From positions 21,866 to 85,865 of IMG/VR virus record IMGVR_UViG_3300042860_003408: a stretch of 64,000 bases of DNA; one strand, 5' to 3'. The notes under the pieces were generated by a model that saw nothing but the letters and a program-made list of their open reading frames with translations, did not search any database and was not told the origin of the DNA. This document shows, piece after piece, positions 25,501 through 31,700 of the stretch. This stretch comes from a virus. Position 1 is the first letter of the stretch. Each line of letters begins with the position of its first letter. The position numbers and the translations under genes were made by a program.

Positions 25501-28500
25501 TATCAAGTGTCTAATGCAGATGCTGTATTTGCAATAGCAAAAATATCTGGAGATGCCAAATTTAATTCTGGAACTGTGTTCGGCGGAACAAACACTGCAG
25601 TTCAATTAGGAGTTCAATTAGGAAAGCCAGTATATGTATGGGATGTAACCTCTGAGCAATGGATGCGGTTTGTTCCGGAAATGCGAAAAGATGATAAGAT
25701 TGTAGGAAAGTTTGTCCCAACAAGCACTCCTATGCTCACAAAGAACTTCGCTGGCGTTGGTACTAGAGATATTGAAAACTATAATACTTTAAATAAGACT
25801 ACTAATCAGTGGGAGCCAAGAAAAGAGTATTTAGGAATAGAGAAAGAAAATGCCGCAAAACAGGCTATTAGAGATGTGTTTGAAAATACATTTAAAAATC
25901 AAGAAAACACTACAGCTAGTGAAGAAGAGCATGAGTCTACTATAAAATCTATAGAGGGAAAACAAGAATCGTTAAGTAAGCAAGACCAGGAAACTGTTAA
26001 TGAAGTATTTAATGATGGAGGAAAACCTAAGATACTTATAGCCAGCGAGACGTCAGACCCAGTATTCCATGTTAAGAAAATAAAAGAAATTGTAGCCAAC
26101 AGAAAGACTAATGGGGTAAATGCAATGTATCTTATAACAAAACATGACGGACTCCCATTGAAAGAATTGGCTGAATTAAAAATTCCTAAATTCTATCACT
26201 TCAGCATAACTACTCTTGGCGGCACTAAGTATGAGCCAGGCGTTATGAAATACGACGACTTATTAGATAGGATTGAGACATTTATAAAAGAAGGCCTTTT
26301 AAATCCAAATCTAATAACAGTTAGGATTGACCCTATCATTCCAGGAGTTACTAATTTTGATGACGTAGAGCGTGTAATAAAGAGAGCGTCAGAAATGGGA
26401 ATTAGGCAGATTAAGTTCAGTGTAATGGATAGCTATTCAGGATCTAAAAACGATAGATTTATAGTAGCTAAAATGAAGGAACTTGGCTACGATTTTGCAG
26501 CATATAAAACAAATGACAATATTAAATTTAGCGCTAAACAGGAGATAATAGATGAATTAAGTGTTAAAATGCGCGATCTTTGTAAGAAATATGGAATACG
26601 ACAATTAAGTTCTTGTGCTGAAAAAGTAAACGTAGACGGAGTTCAAAAATTAGGTTGTTTAAATGTTCAATCTATAAACGCTGCGATGGGAAGGACTGAT
26701 GTTACTCATGTCCAAGGAAATCAAAGACAAGATTGTAGTTGCTACGGGAATAAGGTGGATGCATTAAGATATAATGATAAATGCGCAAGTAGCTGTGTAT
26801 ATTGCTATGCAGGACATAACAGTGTTGTTTCGCTTAAGTATTATAATGAGGATGGTAGTCTAAAGGTAAATGATTTTACGAAGACATCAAATACTGAACA
26901 AGCAATTATCGAGCCGGAAGTGACACAAGAAAGATTCACTGAATTTGGGACTACGTATGCTTTTGGATTTGTTGACGGAAAAATGACTTCGGCAATGTAT
27001 CAGCAAGGAAATGGCGAATTTAATAATATGAATATGTTATCTGCAGAGAAGGCATATTCTAGATTGAAATCAAAAAGTGAAAATGCTGTCGTTAGTGAAG
27101 TAACGCCTGATACTCCATCAGAAGCTGATATAAATCTATTTGGAAAAGATATTGACTTAAGTAAGATTGGTATTCCTTATCAATTAAACGATGAGCAAGA
27201 AGCTGCATTGAAAGCAATAGAAGCATGGGTTAAAGATAAAACAATAACTACCCCATTCTCGCTATTAGGCTCTGCTGGTTCTGGTAAAACATCCATAACT
27301 AGAGTACTTATAAATGCACTTAGCAATGCTGAGATTACATATCAATTATTAGCTCCAACACATAGAGCTAAAGGTGTATTATCTAGAGCTACTGGCAAGA
27401 AAGCTAAAACATATCATGCTTACTTTCAATTAGTCCCAGAGGCCAGAGAGGTTGGTATGAAGCTTGAGTTTGGCGGAGCTACTAATTATGAATCTAATGT
27501 AGATCTATATATAATAGATGAGGTTTCTTTAATCTCAGATAAGAGTGTAGATGAAATACTTAAAGTTGCGGAAGCTACTGGAGCTAAAGTATTGTTTATT
27601 GGAGATCATGCTCAGTTATATCCTGTTGGAAATACTGACGCAAAAGGAATGCCTAAACAATCAATTGGGTTAGAATCTCCAACCAGCATAGTTCTTAATA
27701 AGGTTATGCGTGTTGCGAATGGAAATCCATTAGCAGATGTATTAAGTATTATGAGAATGTATCAGGCTCCTGGGCTTATGAATATCAATGGAACTGAATA
27801 TAATTTTACCGACCAGTCTAAAGCAATCTTCTCTAAGAGAGATGCATTTAACGACCAAGGCGGCGTTGTATTTGTAGGCGAAGCTGATAGAGCGAAAGCA
27901 GTAGAGCAATTTGTTGATATGTTCTTTACGTCAGAAGACTATTCTAAGGATGTTAATTTCGCTAAGATATTGGCATTTAGAAATGATGTAATAGACTCAA
28001 TGAATGCCTATGTTAGAGCTAAATTAGGAAAGAAAGGATTGATTGAGGTTGGAGAACAAGTCATAGGATATAGTCAAATAAAGGCTGGAAAGGTAGACTT
28101 GGTTGCGAACGACGATGAATATGTTGTTGACAGCATAGGAGCTCCTAGAGAGATTACGTCATACGCAGTGCCTGGAGTAACATTGAAAGTTGTTCCAATA
28201 GAAATACGAATGACTACTGGTGCTTCCGCTGGAGGCGTATTTAATTTATTAACTGATTATAGCGAAGAGAATATGCTTGCAATACGAGCGGCTATTCTTA
28301 AGCGGAAACAGGAGATAAGTAATATGGACTATCAAGAAAAAAGAGAGGCTAATAGAAACTTCTTTATTGCATTGACTAAAGATTTCATTACGCTTAAACC
28401 TATAAAAAATAGCTTAACTGATAACGAAAATGCGTCAAATAATTTAAAGGATAGAACTATTGGATTTACATACGCATCTACAGTACACAAAGCTCAAGGC

Positions 28501-28752
28501 GGAGAATATCAAAACGTTCTTGTTCTTGATTCGGACCTCAGAGGAATAGATAAAAACTTTGATGGATTAATTTACAGGAAAGCATTGTATACGGCTGTAT
28601 CTAGAGCTCGTAGAACTGCTACTGTAATTACTAATACTAAAAAATTAAACTCAGAGAAAAAACAAGTTTCAGCTGATGGAACTAAAATACCTGAGTCGTT
28701 TAAACCAAATAATAGTCTGATTGGAAATGAAAGACCGTCAGATAAATGTTAA
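10540..28752 (+). CDS. Giant virion-packaged RNA polymerase polyprotein with accessory domains
   Basis: 6070 aa. YRIPTQG (21301-21321) and GSDFDVDKLY (DFDVD at 21421-21435) are the crAss vRNAP double-psi beta-barrel catalytic motifs. Also HEAFH zincin (16945-16959), NADAR, SLOG-like, DUF1848-like and SF1B helicase motifs toward the C-terminus. Confidence 0.9.
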   Translation: MTREDIKRALQGEDTRFGEYVRSRSSVYGQGRSELDELKRRNEYEEAKRKRPSKDEPKRKAARDESKDAEDGQKKLPLENETKKGNDYNFFADSYRTFVGGKNQTEIDNALGELKYNLPVFKYSSDMLSSKEVQSDEDLYKAARFAREMQSNAKAQALFQKNEELSAEQARLKSLYESGDKSVSAAFINNEPWNPESKGKTIYSLTGAVQQGEGPSFLEKADMMMGASHGYAEWEQMKGMVSGLFRTVGTSLVAAAVAPVISVMGKVSLGNAVGNILGGLTLKTAADVAIDKPVDLISNLSDATRFSMGYVPAVAGGLIGAGVNKFMPSGDVRQGYIDIDDSLVPEDTKYAYSKYKDLIKNWSKVGGDFDGTIPSIDDVLDGKESLHSYTGEKVGKFDSVLAKKTKDAQESIKTDLNDLRMWGAPSEYATKKVEENDWYWGKMLNTSGMSMSEFEGQVGLIALNSAISLATKKPTIGTKLLSSLALTGANAAFAVRSRDSEFFSQFSQAFNEKQDAILGENAISKMSYEELLSHISEPKETMDKVMSQFGKYDKSQERHKRETLEMLIRTGIVKSDIPGINEAAVAASDGSDELARQYRSMIYSDMGQNGLMLASLMPIKGGIPKAMQGLAKSTSDYYKNLSLSSFIRNNRAGRVLGKTAQLASEVGWEAFVDEPLFEEIPQTMMDMKFKEGSLKENAGIFGSYLDKNKTISTGAKALFGLSGDERYDKNAELLDTYWSTVMSVAFMGAGRNVISSPAHIKELNRSFNADKLFDSVIEPGIKTSAFKAKASAYIGAVKNGQFDFVIENLKELQKNPPEGYTAEDITNEIKLAKRIASIADSKFVREYAKKSGGYGSEDHLLLTSLISDHENAAREGYLESRTANEAEANLLANFDETTFSKLVTSINTTREDADKISTGAAIGIAMLRNKLAAIATISVNDPLESKASKIKSNLITRAASDDLGSVSSNLIDALLNAKLITEEQGAELLKIENSKDLSDAIDEFVPIELNDDIKDMAYGLVSSYGAQYEEHMASILRGDQTLYNREKDTKVDRFHDVDELLDMHRKSLESNEKEQRVLEAAETKREEKKREAKTKPETTVVAEPVVEPIVVELESLEPKWEIPSAPEIVEYESLESAPEVETEQVPPLDETDIPPLTEADLNSSVNRAEELLADDNFDPFSDYDKEEEAAKQAADNQEEQAPTQGITNNGTIYPVLDLSKIDTDNFIYVTHQTDIVGLEQILSRGFDIRNGLNGTSLFGNTESIQSQMDSINSGHGHRGASRMIVFAFPKSKFGNVRQLDEISDMLIDEGIFSIPGQYVFGVFTENNKPITQEAAPQKSKQDELKEKLNARLAHLADVATDVLGSKMNATGKQYSSKDFLPAMTGVLEVIMELGYTSFVDVVSNASDAMKGNAVLAGLIDRISPKQWRAAYNSAADFAEGTQSEEEVIAYSNDDVKAIVAGTYKKEEEIDINEDLEDLNQPEKTEEEENKEASKEISEIVKGAAAISIAMEKEDSSDFVNIDDEAPGTIDEDKVSVRFGRLPHTLFTSNPEIIKWLKTPKALEGATFEIEISTIPFDKVPQSRKDAGDYIPFDINNPNSWNEAAIFVKIKDKNGVVRPLNISFHNIAVNSMFEDSDGNMYPKFNEQDIADLVDFRNKIIALYAESLANGSNKELVVSGVSIGRAKIKLNRKNGKPVQRSLSKIKGLIEGFNGDFSTINNNTLSLAYGRGWRGNFTVVGIDGVIGDTDEQNSGSMFAVKIDPVLGTKRKIKLNKRRFSEDKDTAEFIYKLLIDWNMSKGELALDRDGNVVLAGDGASNRLGISAEGLLSKIVNFGKRTQINKKDLPMLTHLLPKQFYVEGNSLYLGEAKFDISNPAGISPEIKAQIIDYIKNNFNWSINAHDLWNQTGANRKVADVFSGITDYFRSNPEAKSIKFFEGMEIKREDLGLTWEAWIVKYDKLISDVADDIFESPYTFLNDVELADRMDKPTIKKVAKKKTDAKEAALEPVSDTQKADVVETSTNTQKSLESPENGLKSDASEQVSGKKKFKKRTSGDVDKISDLGVNAVGPTRLSTSHAEEDNLTNSEQAWARKRISSLIEISDTEIEMENGDIAMGVANILKNIITLFSGAERGTAYHEAFHIVSLGLIPRNRRMMIYDSVRRTIPSLSDATNKDIEEYLAEEFRVWRETNKIGIKIPMLRSVFRKFSNLFTGMKSANKSDINRLFEDIEYGIFKNKKGPKAKSEQSKFFTRFYVDGAARTLKSKGFNAINTLDMQYEVAKGLAFSFIELSGVEKVSDIRNMSKDVLYDSILAEYEYMEENGMEDTLKYKIYEDILDKFDEEIVPLINKELSSFGIAPAVFDVDGNEIEDNDKDIVSNEIAKHTVESYKVPKSDNIPMEVKFFLWTIPQKEKNADGVVVDKFNPLTGFKLFYDQTTSWVTVASDLGHLKSYTEMRNKIYSLGVVSGNLFYRSVLDKLDNSSDRFKTAFFAAVKCHRHDFASIAFTGDKNGNMAEADRRLRVIESKATTAKITKPKEWGENMMSIGFLFSDSVDGPVFNKANAESIIARHKALVSFAGRLTNPLEAEKITDEQITAAINEYIDIFNKIGISINDATIDEIIKHSYPNASRKNAIASLITQSKPEHPSFVLTNIITDLVKNDGKLIVNRKEKVDRKEIYKSQKSTGFIAMMYFKANPNITETTSTGADGAKVYEISLPNYVTETAERISTDTEYRDKVMQSSFASGRIGGAAFEGDRTTVGGSIVLDQLQSGESKGLKVKTFLKFYEDNSGDKGRDYFALSPMEDYMMKMAATNSGYMLCPTMADKKSWYMFAGIKMPSFSVSKQEGTPIAVDMNSLKDGLVRQSITFPTKTVAIFNGYFEAEYLAMQDAWSAWKVAMGNKNKLEQTYHYGGFSQRGANKYTTKGKWNSGLGNGMKFRHFDEISIDIKGDGSFVNLNEYQEELIDQYGVINGMTRFFEEMDSKIFNASNETKFQIMNATLANSISRELKWLVKNGAITVQHKKNGVFYKNKKLDKSIFKDTRAYFIKQSNLNSKESLVSDYADTSAIYNMVAEHMVNTSISTIEFEKIFSKDPAFHKDPDAKIKRLSSILSTGTPCLSETGRSTFVSAELNDNEIPSPNLSEIKSRMIAAHVNERHGDELNMTFNEILEAINSGNMDEINKLSDIKMIMNIVDAQTAGYNKVNETDASVFISPVMYRDILRKLGRWNEDLNEAFDLLESEDMSWMEDSAKYLKVMELALNPLKMIYYGDKFSNGLNIPKLDKMAMFCLFRSVATGANKALYERMNNPEDGASKIDMVAFSSAVKSGNNNPIDFFDKDGNVSNLDKFTEEIQHFEFLRHQLETEAHEEEEVGLATQVQKVAMSNIVSDKVYSNITIGGNKGATGRQLIEEWSNALTEISNRGRNDVENELGIKYEGGVLTFDKKKLYGFLHSEAIKSNMTDDVYETLMKAAEPNSRITLQAMADRDWIESKLVSFIMKKTLDVNTPGGAFIQMSTFGINTLTDSITSEGYKLNGGRKLNYMNADGSMDCVVSLSLFKDVLPEDVKLMSPVKQRDWLLMHNIIGPDSDPAALGYRIPTQGMSSVSSLKIIDVIPKIIGDTIILPTEFTALTGSDFDVDKLYLARYNYAKNPAGRFEKVEFDDNKKSEKNPEKSKWQVNSNAAIQNRLLDVMMAAITEPSSIHETRLPLDATTSVIKDDILPDIDSVTGTGEKRGALMFTSPSYQTDKKVEYSTGKKNLGIMALANTNHIYTQMTNLTINPKQRTAAKHGIFELGGIYGADGMRILDWLSAMINAHVDVAKDPYIIRLGVNEHTVNMVAFLLRAGIGGNAFYFLSQPSLKEAYAEVEEFNGKYEVNKDSVKKLHEVIKDKLQKYRAMAARIDGGKNAQYVESLFVEDKYGRRDMPTGDVLNSRSKLKSGLNKDLSNFDYLLHQILVMETYLELLPYSNELSELVKYSQIETKKQGKSFIANNEFISKVNSLILDDDNGTSVFSGVRNYYESTPLMARLRNSSGLIVGISRGLLFRTSRQVLSILNKVNILAGREGFDNSKFMHGVSRYVETAIKDSFYRKYAEQNDIDINSLFFGEDTVAKELFHIKSAINNGHLPGYENNVFLKVLSYTMHSKSEESYPDHVTIDSSAKDDKNIQEKIKYYFSELLNPILEDESQEGLSEQEISALKSRNKDRVMLKDFAKRFILYQFYSTGDNSALNYVKLSEDDRISLEINSGLVDANTGAPIKIALYDFIDDVLTELNELSYEHTPGVALQNDVKFLEDLFISRWWDNELVPTTTAYKVRKGQFDEDGHPLVDQKPKKMSTKKMLGIEYELEFIDTAARPIGSTSDGKHPVFKPFVKIIKTGTNGRQFEILYKYIGNSTRSNAKGDVSIKPVYVAVDKKGSKASGLALIESNSKTSVIKTNELPQSNINSSIFSKEAGFDKVSWFDMFMGLEDKFVESLGASTVDKAVTNAIDNNSYSMSYLDNAIEDAGITDSARIASMREEFARGILSRFNELNLPDNTIAQEDRESALEELKTSAEAYLGQFIRKVEMQPSNNARSINIYAGTGENANLSNLAIRPFTLPTGSSRLNMIKGDISFTSVEQAFQLAKYTYTGNVRDDGSWQPQMLSGGGFGNEMSKEDDEFNWKLAGQIQNSKNPAEAKALGRQFKHLDVDRWNKASSSIMKELLLESFKQNPDALQELLATGNAILTHTQDKGKWSTEFPRLLMEVRDELNADLTTEAEGEQDLTNINESSTLTGYQGRKSDVADNREYNFYSTSEEEARDYGSNVSKKRISLNNFLFKTELLPNGTSVYTEAYDKIYKAFQEKYGSPFDILNNGTPEKIELMNKFFEMVREAGFSGYTEIRKNNNFSQSDNRYIVTFNQKSTAKSISIASEFTNHSGGAYGADTFWDQIGREYGVTDNRHYRQEDNKSLSQALRNKKVEATVLTTEQMDKARTEIEKLLGKKYPDTKEGNLQVRNYYQVSNADAVFAIAKISGDAKFNSGTVFGGTNTAVQLGVQLGKPVYVWDVTSEQWMRFVPEMRKDDKIVGKFVPTSTPMLTKNFAGVGTRDIENYNTLNKTTNQWEPRKEYLGIEKENAAKQAIRDVFENTFKNQENTTASEEEHESTIKSIEGKQESLSKQDQETVNEVFNDGGKPKILIASETSDPVFHVKKIKEIVANRKTNGVNAMYLITKHDGLPLKELAELKIPKFYHFSITTLGGTKYEPGVMKYDDLLDRIETFIKEGLLNPNLITVRIDPIIPGVTNFDDVERVIKRASEMGIRQIKFSVMDSYSGSKNDRFIVAKMKELGYDFAAYKTNDNIKFSAKQEIIDELSVKMRDLCKKYGIRQLSSCAEKVNVDGVQKLGCLNVQSINAAMGRTDVTHVQGNQRQDCSCYGNKVDALRYNDKCASSCVYCYAGHNSVVSLKYYNEDGSLKVNDFTKTSNTEQAIIEPEVTQERFTEFGTTYAFGFVDGKMTSAMYQQGNGEFNNMNMLSAEKAYSRLKSKSENAVVSEVTPDTPSEADINLFGKDIDLSKIGIPYQLNDEQEAALKAIEAWVKDKTITTPFSLLGSAGSGKTSITRVLINALSNAEITYQLLAPTHRAKGVLSRATGKKAKTYHAYFQLVPEAREVGMKLEFGGATNYESNVDLYIIDEVSLISDKSVDEILKVAEATGAKVLFIGDHAQLYPVGNTDAKGMPKQSIGLESPTSIVLNKVMRVANGNPLADVLSIMRMYQAPGLMNINGTEYNFTDQSKAIFSKRDAFNDQGGVVFVGEADRAKAVEQFVDMFFTSEDYSKDVNFAKILAFRNDVIDSMNAYVRAKLGKKGLIEVGEQVIGYSQIKAGKVDLVANDDEYVVDSIGAPREITSYAVPGVTLKVVPIEIRMTTGASAGGVFNLLTDYSEENMLAIRAAILKRKQEISNMDYQEKREANRNFFIALTKDFITLKPIKNSLTDNENASNNLKDRTIGFTYASTVHKAQGGEYQNVLVLDSDLRGIDKNFDGLIYRKALYTAVSRARRTATVITNTKKLNSEKKQVSADGTKIPESFKPNNSLIGNERPSDKC
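16541..16645 (+). repeat. Dispersed phased element E2
   Basis: AAGCCGCTTTAGAGCCTGTTTCTGAC ... AAAAGTCGCTAGAATCGCCTGAAAATGGCCTTAAAA. Confidence 0.55.
24073..24180 (+). repeat. Dispersed phased element E3
   Basis: AGAGGCATTTTAAGCCGTTTTAACG ... GAAAGTG (24142-24148) CCTTAGAAGAGCTTAAAA. Confidence 0.6.
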
Positions 28753-28772
28753 TATAATAAGAGGAAAACAAC

Positions 28773-31700
28773 ATGTGCCCAAATATTAATGATAAAAAAA
28801 TAAGGAATGATTTTAATAAGATCGTTCAAGCGTTCGGTGGTCGACCAATGACTATTGATGAGTTTAAATACAAAGAATTGCGTGATGAGCGTAGCGGGGT
28901 CGATGACTTCGCTATGCAACATGCATACGCAGTTTGGGATAAAACAAATGGAGAGCCAAATTTAGACACTCCGGATATACTTAACTATTCTAAATTTGTA
29001 CTTAGTGGAGATAAGAAGTATAAGGCTGAATACGAGAAGAATGTAAATAATGGAGCTGGAATATTGCCTATATCTACAAATAGGGATTTATATAAAGAAC
29101 TAAATCTATTAAATGATGATGGAAATATCTTAACCTTCCCATACTCAAAGTTTCCTGACAATGAAAAAGGCGAGGCTAAATTCATAGAGGAGGTGTTTAA
29201 TAAAAAGTCGTCTAGAAATGACATCCAAGGTAAATACTCCTTATCGTTTAAAAAGTCCCCTAATAGTAAAGGTAGAGTTATATGGATAACTAAGCTGGAT
29301 GAGCCAAAAGAGCTGCAAGGCGAGATTGATTTTGATACTCCTGTATATAGCACACAAGAGAGATTGTCCGACTTATCTGAGGCTGATGAGATTATAGTTT
29401 CAAATTCGATTAAACAGACAGATGTTGTTCTATTTGGACATCCAACTATAGGAAAAAGTTTCCTTAAAAACAATGGAGCCGATAGTTTTATTTCTCTAGA
29501 TGACGACTATGCAGAAGAGATAAATAGAGAGGTTAGCGCCATTGCGATAAAATATAAAGTAGCCGAACATTTAGTGAAAGATGGCGGAAATATGCAATGG
29601 AACGTCGAGTATAACGATATGATGCAGAGGCTGTTTGATGCTGCCAAAAAAGAGGCCGCCTTATCTGGTAAAATGCTGTTCACGTCAAACACTAATTTAC
29701 TTAGAAACAATTCGTCTTCATTTGATAGAGTAATAAACTTAACTGATAAAGAATTCAAAGACAGGGCTAATGCTAGAGGAGTTAAGTATGATATTAATGA
29801 ATGGAAGGCTCAAATAAATGAAGTGGTAAGTAAATTTCCAAAAGAAAAAGTTATTACTACTGATAAATATCTATCCGACCTTCTTCCGAAAAAATCAACA
29901 GGAAATGACAGCGGAATAAATACTGTATTCGAGCAAAATCCAGAATTATCTAAAATTGGAACAAAGGAACAGTACTCACGGTATTTAGAAACGATATTTC
30001 CAGACAGCAAAGTAAAAGACATTGTATACCACGGAGGATCTCCTGCCGCAGATTTTAACAATCCTGAGTTTGGAACTAGTGGGTTCCATGGATTTTTTGC
30101 CACAATCAAAAGTGTTGCAGATGAATTCGCAAACAGATGGACTAGAAATAAGGGTACTACAGGAAAAACAAAGGCTATACTTGTTAACATACAAAATCCA
30201 GATATTACTGATAAATTGTACCAAGGAGAGTATAAAGAGTCTGTTGAATATATAAAAGCAAAGATAAATGAAGGCTCTAATGATGGAATTATAGCGACAA
30301 ATACAAATGATAAGTTCTCAGATAAGCTTGGGAGTTATGACCAATACGTCGTATTCGATAAGGAGCAGATTCATATTTTAGGCTCTAAGCAGGATATAGA
30401 AGGATTTAAGGCATTTGTAAAAACGACCGATTCTAAGGCGATTTCAGCCACTCAAAATAACGAGGATAGGCTAACCTCCATGTCTGCCGAGAAAGTGGCT
30501 CAGAACGTCTCTAAACGCCAAATAAAGGCCATTGTAAGAATAGCCGATGACCTTAGTAGAAGGTTTGGTGTAAAGTTCAATGTTATGAATAGAAATACAT
30601 CTATGTTTTATGGAGTTTCTAAGTCAATGAATACAGGAGCATATTATAAAGCTGGAGGCGCTGTATTTTTCTACGATACAATAAAGCCTAGTTATATTAT
30701 TCATGAAATGTTTGGTCACCCAATGATGTTTGCATTAAGAGCAAGCTCAGATCCAAAACATAGAGAGATATATGACGCGTTACTTGCGGAGGCAATGAAA
30801 AATACAGAGATAGTTAATGCTGTCAACAATTCATATATTGACGACGCTAAGACCATAAAAACATATGACGATGAAGTTGTAGGAGATGAAATAATTATTA
30901 GGTCTATAGAAAAAGAATATAACAATAGAGAGAATAGGAAGATAGCATACTTATGGTCTAGAGCTTTAAGAGCTCTGACAGAGACTATTAAAAGAATATT
31001 TGGAAACAACTCCATACCAACAGATATAAATCCATATATATCAATAGGAGATATGCTGGATTATGTATTGTACGGAAAGAATGCTGTTGATATATTATCT
31101 CTAGAGGATAAGGACTTAATGGCAAAGTCAGTCGACTCGATTACAAATGAAATAAAGGGAATAAATGGAGCTAACATAGCTATAGCTGAATTTCTTAATC
31201 TGTTTAAAAGCGATACTTCTAAGCAAAGAGCAATAGAGCATGGAATAAATGAATATTCAATTGAGAAAGAAAATGATTGTGCATATATTTTAGCATCATT
31301 CTCTCATCAGTTATACAAAATGTCTATTTCTAGAGATATAATAGTAGAAGATGGAAAAACAGGAAATCGCTTTGAGTTTAAAAAAGTTGATGATATATAT
31401 CAATTCCCAACTGACGATACTTTATATGGGTTAAAAAACTCTCACGTAATAGCATTTCTGAGGGCCGCTAGTAGGCTTGGAGATGGCGCCATTACAATTA
31501 AGTCAGATAGAACTGAGTTTATTGGCGTTATTATGAGATTTACTCCATCTATGCTTGTGTCTAAAATAGATGAAAATACAGTAGTCTTGTTTCCAGTAGA
31601 CAGAATGGCTGATATAGGCCCAGACTCATTTAATGTCTCATATAGAATGCTTGACTCAGAGATGGTTACATCGGATGAATTAAGTAAGTCTACAGCAATG

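Noticed and set aside
10540-28752. Inteins or self-splicing introns in vRNAP, primase or helicase
   Set aside because: Frames are uninterrupted and no intein splice-junction or LAGLIDADG/HNH motifs were recognised.
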